A DNA stretch of 64,000 nucleotides from a virus (taxonomy: Duplodnaviria; Caudoviricetes). This document shows, one piece after another, positions 1 to 7,383 of the stretch. Both the position numbers and the translations under genes were made by a program. Location of the stretch: IMG/VR virus record IMGVR_UViG_3300020161_002811, positions 1 through 64,000 of that record; one strand, given 5' to 3'. Position 1 is the stretch's first letter. Each line of letters starts with the position of its first letter. The notes beneath the pieces are model-generated. The model saw only the letters and a program-made list of their open reading frames with translations. It ran no database searches and was not told where the DNA came from.

Positions 1-38
1 ATTAATAATACTGATAAAATATTTTTGAATTTAGACAT
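1..38 (-). CDS. 5' end of a gene running off the left edge (MSKFKNILSVLL...)
   Basis: ATG at 38 on the minus strand, preceded by GAGGGAG RBS; TACTATA motif 35 nt upstream. Only 12 codons are visible. Confidence 0.6.
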   Translation of the reverse strand, partial: MSKFKNILSVLL

Positions 39-72
39 ATCTCCCTCAATTTTTTAACTTGTCCGCAGGAGA

Positions 73-81
73 TATAGTAAT
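73..81 (-). promoter_or_regulatory. candidate late promoter motif ATTACTATA
   Basis: Same core at 1287-1293 and 25704-25710; each is intergenic and 32-35 nt upstream of an ATG. Confidence 0.5.
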
Positions 82-90
82 GACACAAAT

Positions 91-127
91 AAAAAAAGGG
101 CTATGACATGTAGCCATAGCCCTTTTT
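91..127. terminator. intrinsic terminator, symmetric A/T tails
   Basis: AAAAAGGGCTATG-9 nt loop-CATAGCCCTTTTT, just downstream of the 144..278 gene. Confidence 0.85.
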
Positions 128-143
128 AATTGAAACGATTAAA

Positions 144-278
144 TTACATCTTCTTCTTTTTCTTAGCTATTGCAGCCTGGATAAAAGGGGGAAGTTTCTT
201 TTGTGCTGCAGACATGCCAGCTGTTTTTTTTGAAGCTGTCTTCTTAGGTGCAGCTGCTTTCTTTTTCATCATTGCCAT
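144..278 (-). CDS. 44-aa Lys/Ala-rich basic protein (histone-H1-tail-like composition)
   Basis: Hand-translated: MAMMKKKAAAPKKTASKKTAGMSAAQKKLPPFIQAAIAKKKKKM; AAAGGA RBS; below the ORF-track cutoff. Confidence 0.8.
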   Translation of the reverse strand: MAMMKKKAAAPKKTASKKTAGMSAAQKKLPPFIQAAIAKKKKKM

Positions 279-319
279 AATTTTATTCCTTTGTCTTAAA
301 CTAAGACTGAAAATTAATT

Positions 320-433
320 TCAGTACATTTTCTTGGTACCCATTTTCTTAGTACCCATTTTCTTGGTACTCATTTTTTTAGTGCTCATCTTCTTAGATTC
401 ACTCATTTTTTTGTTTCCGACGTGACCAGCCAT
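320..433 (-). CDS. 37-aa Lys/Met-rich repeat peptide
   Basis: Hand-translated: MAGHVGNKKMSESKKMSTKKMSTKKMGTKKMGTKKMY; starts 2 nt after the upstream stop; synonymous variation between repeats preserves the frame. Confidence 0.75.
   Translation of the reverse strand: MAGHVGNKKMSESKKMSTKKMSTKKMGTKKMGTKKMY
326..418. repeat. 15-bp tandem repeat, 4 good and 2 degenerate copies, encoding KKM(G/S)T
   Basis: CATTTTCTTGGTACC / CATTTTCTTAGTACC / CATTTTCTTGGTACT / CATTTTTTTAGTGCT at 326, 341, 356, 371. Confidence 0.9.
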
Positions 434-435
434 AA

Positions 436-702
436 TTACACCCCCTCTACTTTCTTTTTTCCTTCAGTAGATTTTTTATAATGCCACATCATGTGACCCT
501 GCATTTGGTCGTCAACTTTGTCAACCTGCTCATCTACATGATCTATTTTTGAATGAAGGTCAATGATTTGATCCTTAACTTCTAGTAAAACAGAAGCTAC
601 CGTGTTATGGTCATTTTTATTTTCTTTACGACTTCTTTGAATGAGAACAACTAGTGGCCCCAAAATTACGGCTGAAATTATTGTAGACCAGAAAGCTGAC
701 AT
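436..702 (-). CDS. small membrane protein, N-terminal TM helix plus coiled coil (holin-like, resembles actinophage DUF2746-type proteins)
   Basis: Hydrophobic MSAFWSTIISAVILGPLVVLI followed by heptad-like IIDLHSKIDHVDEQVDKVDDQM. Confidence 0.55.
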   Translation of the reverse strand: MSAFWSTIISAVILGPLVVLIQRSRKENKNDHNTVASVLLEVKDQIIDLHSKIDHVDEQVDKVDDQMQGHMMWHYKKSTEGKKKVEGV

Positions 703-705
703 GGT

Positions 706-993
706 TTACCATTTTACTTTATTTGCCCAAAAGGCTGCAGAAAGCTTACCCTTGGCAATGTTCGCAGCATGTCGTGCTTTAAAGGACTTTCTTCTAGCTG
801 CGTCAGAAGAAGATTCACCCTTCTTTGCGGGAGAGCCAGATACGCCTTGCTGACCAAAGCGAATAGTCTTAACTGTATCTCCAGACTTAGCCACAACTAC
901 ATGTGACTTAGTGGGGTGACTAGGTGTTCGCTTGGGTTTATTGTAACCAGAAACTCCAGCTTTAGTTAATCGTGAATCTTTTTTTGCCGCCAT
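706..993 (-). CDS. 95-aa basic conserved phage protein (IRFGQQG...RRKSFKARH...SAAFWA type)
   Basis: Very K/R-rich; I recall this motif set from uncultured aquatic phages; function unknown. Confidence 0.75.
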   Translation of the reverse strand: MAAKKDSRLTKAGVSGYNKPKRTPSHPTKSHVVVAKSGDTVKTIRFGQQGVSGSPAKKGESSSDAARRKSFKARHAANIAKGKLSAAFWANKVKW

Positions 994-1103
994 TATTTTT
1001 TCTTTCTAGCTTTACGTTTTTTACCTAAAACTGGACCATTGCTTTTTTGGTTATTTGTACCCATGCGAGGACCACTAATGTAAATTGACTTTTTAAAAGC
1101 CAT
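993..1103 (-). CDS. 36-aa basic peptide
   Basis: Hand-translated: MAFKKSIYISGPRMGTNNQKSNGPVLGKKRKARKKK; TAATG stop/start overlap with the 706..993 gene. Confidence 0.75.
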   Translation of the reverse strand: MAFKKSIYISGPRMGTNNQKSNGPVLGKKRKARKKK

Positions 1104-1105
1104 GA

Positions 1106-1255
1106 TTACTTCTGCTTTTTAGCGTTTTTCCAATGATCTGAATACTTAGTATCTGTCTTTGGGAAATCTTGGACATTCATTACTGCGTCTTTGAGATATT
1201 TATATTGATTTTTTTCTGAAGAAGTTTTACTTCCCCAACCTTTATCCTTAGCCAT
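1106..1255 (-). CDS. 49-aa Lys-rich protein
   Basis: Hand-translated: MAKDKGWGSKTSSEKNQYKYLKDAVMNVQDFPKTDTKYSDHWKNAKKQK; AAGGTAGG RBS; first gene of the cassette. Confidence 0.75.
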   Translation of the reverse strand: MAKDKGWGSKTSSEKNQYKYLKDAVMNVQDFPKTDTKYSDHWKNAKKQK

Positions 1256-1286
1256 AATGACCTACCTTGTATAATAGTGTAATACG

Positions 1287-1295
1287 TATAGTAAT
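1287..1295 (-). promoter_or_regulatory. candidate late promoter motif ATTACTATA
   Basis: 32 nt upstream of the ATG at 1255, just downstream of a terminator. Confidence 0.5.
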
Positions 1296-1305
1296 CCCAT
1301 ATAGC

Positions 1306-1335
1306 AAAAAAGAGAGGCAGCGCCTCTCAATTTTG
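1306..1335 (-). terminator. intrinsic terminator
   Basis: Minus strand reads GAGAGGC-gct-GCCTCTC then TTTTTT; follows the 1347..1667 gene. Confidence 0.75.
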
Positions 1336-1346
1336 TCTATAATATG

Positions 1347-1667
1347 TTACTTTTTACTGGGTGGAGACTTCTTAGGAGCCTGAGCCTTACTCTTATCGGG
1401 TGTTGATGCGCCCTTTGGTCTTCCGGCCTTTTTCTTTTGCGGGACCTTGTCTACTGAAGGGGCAGATTTAGCGACAGGAGATGCTTTAGCTGGGTCACTA
1501 GGTGTAATCTTAATGTCTGAAGACTTAGAATTAACTGACGTAGTGGGAGTTGTCCATATGATCGGCTTATCTTCCTTGACGTTAGTCTTGTCGTCTAAGT
1601 CATATCCACCAATTTTTGTTTTATTTTTAAATAGTATTTTTCTTGCTATTTTTCTAATTAGTTTCAT
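1347..1667 (-). CDS. hypothetical basic, low-complexity protein (Pro/Lys/Ser-rich tail, AT-hook-like KAGRPKG)
   Basis: ORF track; AAGGA RBS upstream. Confidence 0.7.
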   Translation of the reverse strand: MKLIRKIARKILFKNKTKIGGYDLDDKTNVKEDKPIIWTTPTTSVNSKSSDIKITPSDPAKASPVAKSAPSVDKVPQKKKAGRPKGASTPDKSKAQAPKKSPPSKK

Positions 1668-1711
1668 TATTGTTTTTATCCTTTTTCCGTATGTTAGCTA
1701 ACGTTTATTTA

Positions 1712-2032
1712 TTATTTACCTTGTTGAGATTCTTTGATTAACTGATATCTTTCGCCAGTCTCTTTTGAGACAATTGAAAAGCCATAAGAAGCTGCAGCTT
1801 CTATAATCTCAGTTAATTTATCTTTATCTTCCAAGGAAACATCATTTAATGGCAAGGTAATTCCAGCATAGACGTCTATGTTTTCAAAGTTGCCAATATT
1901 AATTTTTCTATTTACTCCACATATAAATACTGGATTAGTTGAAATAGATATTTCTGAACTCAAAATATTCACCACCTGGTCTATGGGAGAGTCGATTGAC
2001 TGCTCCATTGCTGTTTTTGTTATCTTAGGCAT
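1712..2032 (-). CDS. hypothetical protein
   Basis: ORF track 1712..2056; likely start MPKITK at 2032, overlapping the upstream stop. Confidence 0.75.
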   Translation of the reverse strand: MPKITKTAMEQSIDSPIDQVVNILSSEISISTNPVFICGVNRKINIGNFENIDVYAGITLPLNDVSLEDKDKLTEIIEAAASYGFSIVSKETGERYQLIKESQQGK

Positions 2033-2810
2033 ATACGTCCGTAAGGGATTGTACAATCTTAATTGTTTCTGCGGTTTGTTCTTCTATTGTTAGGTTATCA
2101 GTATTTATAATAGCTGATGCCATATCTTTGACTAGATCTATTTCTTGCTCAGACTTATGATTCATTTGAGCAGATGTCATTTTGTATCCGTCTCTTTTCA
2201 TCATTCGTTCTCCCCTAATATCTTCGGAAGCCTCATAGCATATTATCATACCGTTTGGCTGCTTTAGTATAGACTTTGCCTCGTTCTCGAATCTAACATC
2301 CGATATTATAACACACAAGGGATTATCATTGTCTACATATTCAGGAGTTTTCATGTACTCTCTATATATTTTATTAGACTTCAATACACCCCACTTGGCA
2401 AAGCATTGTTCGTCATGCTGACGACATAGGTCTCCAGCCTTCTGCAGGAAAGTTCTTGGCTTGATTCCCTCTTCTTCTATCGGAAGTTCGTATATATCAT
2501 TGACTAGCTTTGTGAAAGCCTCATACGAGGGGATGGAACCTATGGCATTAGATCCAAAAATATCATAAACAATTTCGTGTATAGAAAAGAGTTGTCTATC
2601 TTTTTGGCGGACACCAAGTGTATTCTTTTTGACCGAAGCTAATTCATATAATGGGAGAGCAAAAAAGATATGATCCCAGACTATGTGGTTGCTAACGCTA
2701 TTTATTTGGGCTTTTGGTACTATTTTTTCTGCTACTGAAGTTTTTCCAGTAGCAGCTTTGCCAGCTAAGCCTATGACTATTGGGTAATCTTTGTGATATT
2801 TTTTATCCAT
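2025..2810 (-). CDS. deoxynucleoside monophosphate (dNMP) kinase
   Basis: P-loop IGLAGKAATGKT and VIISDVRFENE, typical of T4 gp1-like dNMP kinases; C-terminal HKSE. Confidence 0.85.
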   Translation of the reverse strand: MDKKYHKDYPIVIGLAGKAATGKTSVAEKIVPKAQINSVSNHIVWDHIFFALPLYELASVKKNTLGVRQKDRQLFSIHEIVYDIFGSNAIGSIPSYEAFTKLVNDIYELPIEEEGIKPRTFLQKAGDLCRQHDEQCFAKWGVLKSNKIYREYMKTPEYVDNDNPLCVIISDVRFENEAKSILKQPNGMIICYEASEDIRGERMMKRDGYKMTSAQMNHKSEQEIDLVKDMASAIINTDNLTIEEQTAETIKIVQSLTDVYA

Positions 2811-2826
2811 ACGTATATTATAGCAC

Positions 2827-3276
2827 TTAAGATTTACTAATGTGCTCTTTTCTTATCTCTAATCCATTTAAAAATGCGTTTGCTAGGGCGTCTGGCTCCC
2901 ATACAAAAGACCTTTTAACCTGTACTACTCTAAAATTAAATTCATCTCTTATTTCTTCGATGGTCATCAATAGGGGTATGAGTGCGTCGTTCTTGCATTT
3001 CCATCTGCCATTAACCTGGTTTGCCACAACGGCAGAGTCGGTATATATTATTGGATCCACTAAGTCTGCCATTGAGCATATTAATAGTCCGGCTATTACG
3101 GCTTCGTATTCTGCTTCGTTATTAGTCCTGGGACCTAGTCCTCTAGCGAACTGTGCAATCTTTTTTCTATTCTTATAGACGACAGCTGAACAAGCTGCTT
3201 CACCAAACTTCTTCTGTCCTTGCCCTCTAGATGCACCGTCACAAAATACTTCTATATTCATAATATTAGACACCAA
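2827..3276 (-). CDS. rnhA: ribonuclease HI
   Basis: FCDGASRG, TNNEAEYEAVIAGL, YTDSAVVANQVNGRW, PDALAN: full D-E-D-D catalytic set. Confidence 0.92.
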   Translation of the reverse strand: MVSNIMNIEVFCDGASRGQGQKKFGEAACSAVVYKNRKKIAQFARGLGPRTNNEAEYEAVIAGLLICSMADLVDPIIYTDSAVVANQVNGRWKCKNDALIPLLMTIEEIRDEFNFRVVQVKRSFVWEPDALANAFLNGLEIRKEHISKS

Positions 3277-3297
3277 TCTTTTATTGATAATAATTAA

Positions 3298-3519
3298 TTA
3301 ACTGATGGTGTTCGGGTCAATTTTAACATCGTATTCTATCCCGTTCCTAGAGGCAGTCTCTTTGAGGTTTTTCTCTCCGCTTAGAGTAACCTGAATAGTC
3401 TTTCCGAGAAGATATCTATCCCCCTTGTACTCTACCTGCATGGGGAAATTTAAATCTTCTCTTTTAGAGGAATAAAATTCTTTAGAAGAATTGACACTCT
3501 TATAGTAACCTATAAACAT
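3298..3519 (-). CDS. hypothetical protein
   Basis: ORF track; AAGGA RBS; fits the tight operon packing. Confidence 0.7.
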   Translation of the reverse strand: MFIGYYKSVNSSKEFYSSKREDLNFPMQVEYKGDRYLLGKTIQVTLSGEKNLKETASRNGIEYDVKIDPNTIS

Positions 3520-3537
3520 ATAATATCCTTTTAACTA

Positions 3538-4053
3538 TTAGTAGGTGCTGAAATCTGAATCTAAATAAGATCCTTTATCTTCACGATGTGCTGCTATTTG
3601 CATTGACTGGACTTTATCCATTATTTTTCGAGCCGACTCAGAAGCTATTCTTGCAGAAGCCTCCATCGCTTCAGCCAGGGAAACGATAGCTTCGCAAGTA
3701 ACTAGGGCAAAATATTCATCTTCTGCTGCATCCATGGCAGCAGCTTCTCGCTCAGCTTCATTCTTGCCGACTCTATTGGACTTATATATCTTTTTATATT
3801 TTCCTTCTAGTATCTTATATTGAGCTCTTGCTATTCCTGCAAAGCGCGCAGAACGACCATAAACGTTGGAGGTTCTAGCTACCAGGGATGCTATTTTTTC
3901 TATACCAAGATCTACAATATCTGTTTCTGGTATTTCAATAAAGTATTTGTAATTGTTGTCATTATTAGTGTACGCGTCTATAACTTCTTTTAATTGAGGA
4001 CCAAGAAAATTTTCAAGAAGTTCCTGTAATTTTTCTAAAGAGTATGAATTCAT
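3538..4053 (-). CDS. helical coiled-coil protein, possibly a UvsY-like recombination mediator
   Basis: Ala-rich helices (KNEAEREAAAMD...AEAMEASARIASESARKIMD); function is a weak resemblance only. Confidence 0.5.
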   Translation of the reverse strand: MNSYSLEKLQELLENFLGPQLKEVIDAYTNNDNNYKYFIEIPETDIVDLGIEKIASLVARTSNVYGRSARFAGIARAQYKILEGKYKKIYKSNRVGKNEAEREAAAMDAAEDEYFALVTCEAIVSLAEAMEASARIASESARKIMDKVQSMQIAAHREDKGSYLDSDFSTY

Positions 4054-4910
4054 TCCGTCTCCGTTTTGAATAGGAAGAAAAGTTCTTCCATGTTTTCTTC
4101 TTTCATTATTTCTTTTACTTTTTGCTTTATTTTATTTATGTGTTCTCTTACAGTATTGGGATGCTCATTAATGATTAGGGATATTTGACTAGATCTTTTG
4201 AGATCTGCATATCTCCATTTTAACAACTGCCTTTCCTGCACGGACAGTCTATCAAAGGGAGGCTGAGCTTTGTCGCCTAGAACCCAAAATTCATCAATTG
4301 AATCAGTAGCCAAGAGCTCTTCCATGCTATGCTCAATTGGGTCAGCCTTAAAGCCAATCACAAAATTTTCATCCCCTTCATCATTTGTTGCGTCGTCATC
4401 TAGGAGTGGGAATGTTTTTCTACCTAGTTGATCTATTAGGAACGTATCTACGTTTTTTTTCAACAGATAGAAGAAGTAGCTGTACAGAAATCCGCTAAAT
4501 GGAATTGGCCCTTTGGCTGAATCTTTTCTTTCATATCTGTATATGCACTGGAAGAATGTCATATAGACGGTCTGTCTAATGTCTTCTTCATCTCCATATC
4601 TTTTGGTCATATAATGAATACCTCTCATGCACTCATTAATGATTTTTAGATTATGGTTGTTCATTTTATTTTTCATTAGAGCAAAACGAGTTGATGGATC
4701 TTTTATGAAAAGAGAAATAAACCTCCTGATGTCATAGTCATTTAAATTAAATTTCCCATAGTACAACAGTGATACATACTTAGTTAAAAAGTTGCTAAAC
4801 ACTTTCAATAGCTCTTCTTGAGCTTTAGATGATCCCTTTTTTGTATTGGATATTAAATCTTGCATTTCCTGCTCCGCTAAGGAGTAGTATTGTTCTTTGT
4901 AGCTCGTCAT
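4050..4910 (-). CDS. phage RNA polymerase sigma-70-family factor
   Basis: LISNTKKGSSKAQEELL (region 1.2/2.1), EEDIRQTVYMTFFQCIYRYE...FSGFLYSY (region 2), LSVQERQLLKWRY...SQISLIINEHPNTVREHINKIKQKVK (region 4 HTH); start at 4910 gives an ATGA overlap. Confidence 0.8.
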   Translation of the reverse strand: MTSYKEQYYSLAEQEMQDLISNTKKGSSKAQEELLKVFSNFLTKYVSLLYYGKFNLNDYDIRRFISLFIKDPSTRFALMKNKMNNHNLKIINECMRGIHYMTKRYGDEEDIRQTVYMTFFQCIYRYERKDSAKGPIPFSGFLYSYFFYLLKKNVDTFLIDQLGRKTFPLLDDDATNDEGDENFVIGFKADPIEHSMEELLATDSIDEFWVLGDKAQPPFDRLSVQERQLLKWRYADLKRSSQISLIINEHPNTVREHINKIKQKVKEIMKEENMEELFFLFKTETE

Positions 4911-5473
4911 TTTTTTCCTTCCCAATTTATAATATATGGGCTATAATAATCTCTTATGTCTTCGTAGAAGACTATTTTAGAAACTTCTATTTCTGCCATG
5001 AAATTTTTAGCTTCGTTTGAATACTTGCTTATCACGCATGTCAACTTCGCAAATTCATCAGGATAATATCTTTTAAATCTTTTTAGTTTTATCTTACTTT
5101 TGTCATCAAGGTAGCCTTTAATCTCTATCCATTCATTATTTCTTACTAAAAAGAAATCAGGAGTATAGGCTCGGGTTCCTCTTTTGATTGGAAATGGAAA
5201 AACAGTTGGCTCAAATTTAAAATCTATTTTATAGATATTTAGAATCCTAACAAAATTAGCTTCCCAGCTAGACCTAACATTCAGATCAATATCTTTCCTG
5301 TATCCGGTCCTTGTGTACTGGTATGCGTTGCCCTTTTTCCTGGCAATGACTCCGTCATTTTCTATGACTTCAGAGTTGATTGATTTATTCCTAATGTTAT
5401 TAAGATTAGGATGTTTCTTGAAGGAAGATTTTTCCAAAAAAAAGTCTTCCGGTTTGACAACTTCTATGTTCAT
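4907..5473 (-). CDS. PD-(D/E)XK endonuclease, T7 endonuclease I / Holliday-junction-resolvase-like
   Basis: RSSWEANF...FEP...YTPDFFL...IEIKGY; start MNIEVV at 5473 with AGAGGA RBS. Confidence 0.75.
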   Translation of the reverse strand: MNIEVVKPEDFFLEKSSFKKHPNLNNIRNKSINSEVIENDGVIARKKGNAYQYTRTGYRKDIDLNVRSSWEANFVRILNIYKIDFKFEPTVFPFPIKRGTRAYTPDFFLVRNNEWIEIKGYLDDKSKIKLKRFKRYYPDEFAKLTCVISKYSNEAKNFMAEIEVSKIVFYEDIRDYYSPYIINWEGKK

Positions 5474-5510
5474 TCGATATCCTCTACAGGGTAAACATGT
5501 GGTGATATAA

Positions 5511-5539
5511 ATTATACACCATAAAAATAAAAAAAGCAA
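5511..5539 (-). promoter_or_regulatory. sigma70/SigA-type promoter TTGCTT-17-TATAAT for the nuclease/sigma operon
   Basis: Read directly on the minus strand with an exact 17-nt spacer. Confidence 0.75.
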
Positions 5540-5543
5540 AATG

Positions 5544-5563
5544 TTTGCAATTCGCGTTGCAAA
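5544..5563. promoter_or_regulatory. palindromic candidate operator TTTGCAA-N6-TTGCAAA
   Basis: Perfect 7-bp inverted repeat between the two divergent promoters, overlapping the plus-strand -35. Confidence 0.5.
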
Positions 5564-5585
5564 TACAAACAGGAAGAGATATACT
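5557..5585 (+). promoter_or_regulatory. sigma70/SigA-type promoter TTGCAA-17-TATACT, leaderless configuration
   Basis: -10 ends at 5585 and the ATG is at 5593, 7 nt later. Confidence 0.65.
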
Positions 5586-5592
5586 GATCATC

Positions 5593-5769
5593 ATGAACAC
5601 ACTAAAGACAATCATCAACAGTATCAATCAGAACATCAATGAAGAAATCATTGAAGATTTAACCTCAACTTTGGGATTCAATCATGGAACCGCAGTCAAG
5701 ATGGTTACTGAATTCGAAGATTTCAACCTTTGGTTGTCAGCTGAAGAAAATCCAGTTACTGACTTCTGA
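5593..5769 (+). CDS. 58-aa acidic protein, the only credible plus-strand gene
   Basis: MNTLKTIINSINQNINEEIIEDL...; fills a gap between minus-strand genes and has its own promoter and terminator. Confidence 0.8.
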   Translation: MNTLKTIINSINQNINEEIIEDLTSTLGFNHGTAVKMVTEFEDFNLWLSAEENPVTDF

Positions 5770-5793
5770 TCAATACTTAAAATAAAAAGATTT

Positions 5794-5820
5794 GGGGCCG
5801 AGAAATCGGCCCCTTTTCTT
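5794..5820. terminator. terminator between convergent genes
   Basis: GGGGCCGA-GAAA-TCGGCCCC then TTTTCTT; A-rich tract on the other side. Confidence 0.85.
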
Positions 5821-6620
5821 TATCTAAGGTTATTCTTCTTATTTCTAAAGACACCAGTTCCACAAGCTTCACTTTTTGCATGATCGCAATAGCTACACGC
5901 TCTTGTATTGGCGGTTGGTAAAAAGTTGGTGTCTGTAATTATATTATTGATAGCTTTCAATATTCTAACTTTTACATTTTCTATATCATCTAAAGAAAAT
6001 AGATGACCTTTCTTCTTTCCAGATCTCAGATAATATAGTTCTGCATATATCTCTTTTTCAGGAAAGATGTTGTGCATGGCAAGCGCATATATGCCTAACT
6101 GAAGATTGTTGTGAATATCCTTTTGTGTAGCTTCCCATTTACCAGTCTTATAATCGGTGATATGAACTCTATCTCCAATGATGTCAACTCTATCTATAAA
6201 TCCTATGATCTTATATATTCCAATGATGAAATTAAAGCTCATTTCTTTTTCATAAATATTTAATTTTTTATCTGCGTGTTGATCATAGAACTCATCTATG
6301 ATCACTGATCCGACTGATAGCAACTCCGAAGGAATTAAATTATCAGGATCCCAGATGGGAATATTTTTTTCATATTCGTTTCTAAGATCCGTTATGTCTA
6401 ACGTTTTTTCATTGTCTAAAATATTTTCTAAAACAGAGTGAACTATATTACCAAGAACAGCTGGGGGATTAAATTGTCTAGGCTCTTTTAAGATGTAGGA
6501 ATAAAAATACTTAGCTGCACACTGTGTGTAGGTGTCTATTCTTGAATAAGAAAAATCAACTACTCCTAATTTTTGCAAATCGTTTAAACTATCATAGTTT
6601 TTAATTGATATAGAACTCAA
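5820..6620 (-). CDS. RecB/Cas4-like PD-(D/E)XK exonuclease with 4 Cys (putative Fe-S cluster)
   Basis: FSYSRIDTYTQC...GFIDRVD...ITDYKTG...QLGIYALA...RACSYCDHAKSEAC; TTG start. Confidence 0.85.
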   Translation of the reverse strand: MSSISIKNYDSLNDLQKLGVVDFSYSRIDTYTQCAAKYFYSYILKEPRQFNPPAVLGNIVHSVLENILDNEKTLDITDLRNEYEKNIPIWDPDNLIPSELLSVGSVIIDEFYDQHADKKLNIYEKEMSFNFIIGIYKIIGFIDRVDIIGDRVHITDYKTGKWEATQKDIHNNLQLGIYALAMHNIFPEKEIYAELYYLRSGKKKGHLFSLDDIENVKVRILKAINNIITDTNFLPTANTRACSYCDHAKSEACGTGVFRNKKNNLR

Positions 6621-6628
6621 AAATATTC

Positions 6629-6796
6629 CTACTTCTCTTCATTAGGGTCATATATTAATCGACCATTTTCATCGAATTCTCTTCCGATTTCATCTATAGT
6701 ATGATTATTATATTTATTCATATAGGCGCCTTGCCCGATTGATACCCAGCCAGTTTCGCCTAATTCCATATGATCATCTTCTTCATAGGGCCACAT
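6629..6796 (-). CDS. 55-aa acidic hypothetical protein
   Basis: Hand-translated: MWPYEEDDHMELGETGWVSIGQGAYMNKYNNHTIDEIGREFDENGRLIYDPNEEK; fills the gap; GGGGG RBS. Confidence 0.7.
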   Translation of the reverse strand: MWPYEEDDHMELGETGWVSIGQGAYMNKYNNHTIDEIGREFDENGRLIYDPNEEK

Positions 6797-7013
6797 GTTC
6801 GCCCCCTATGGATACCTTAACGTCTGTAAGTTCTTCTGCATGCAAGTAATAACTAACTACCGTATATAGGTCCTTCAGTTCTTTTTGCGTCAGGTAGAAA
6901 CCAACGCACGTGCATTGAAGAAATAACTTATCGTCATAATTATATGTCGAATCGGTATATTCGGTTAACTTAATATTGCCTTTTTCTACTGTTGCTGGAA
7001 CATTTGCTAGCAT
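6783..7013 (-). CDS. hypothetical protein
   Basis: ORF track; GAGGAG RBS. Confidence 0.7.
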   Translation of the reverse strand: MLANVPATVEKGNIKLTEYTDSTYNYDDKLFLQCTCVGFYLTQKELKDLYTVVSYYLHAEELTDVKVSIGGEHVAL

Positions 7014-7017
7014 TTTT

Positions 7018-7383
7018 TTACTCCTCGTAAATACCTATTGGATTCCAATTTGGATTATCTAATTTTTCTCTCATATCTTTAACATAAGAATCCCAGTCTC
7101 GTTCATCTTCTGTTATTCTTTCATACTTCACTTGACCTTTGAATGGATTTGTCTTAAACTTGGTAGTTATCAAACGACCTTGCTGAGTCTTCCATCTAAG
7201 TACGCCATTTTTACAGTCGCAAAAATCATCATTGTCTGCAGTAACTTTTAGCTCAGGGTCATAGCGCCCACTGCAGCCATTACACTTTGTGTATCGCCCT
7301 TTATCCTGGCACCTATTGCAGGACGGACAAAAAACCCAACACCATTTATCGGTTGGGTTTACTGATGGGTTTACGTTAGGCAT
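7018..7383 (-). CDS. Cys-rich (8 Cys) putative zinc-binding protein
   Basis: CWVFCPSCNRC...KCNGC...FCDC. Confidence 0.7.
   Translation of the reverse strand: MPNVNPSVNPTDKWCWVFCPSCNRCQDKGRYTKCNGCSGRYDPELKVTADNDDFCDCKNGVLRWKTQQGRLITTKFKTNPFKGQVKYERITEDERDWDSYVKDMREKLDNPNWNPIGIYEE

Noticed and set aside
326-418. Short direct repeats as a possible CRISPR array
   Set aside because: The units are contiguous 15-mers with no spacers and encode a peptide repeat.
714-896. Alternative-frame minus-strand ORFs (714..896, 23242..23448, 32048..32266, 50843..51037, 52268..52459)
   Set aside because: They are nested in longer motif-bearing genes and have no independent evidence.
1693-1702. GTTAGCTAAC 10-bp palindrome in a short spacer
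   Set aside because: It is a single short occurrence, expected by chance.
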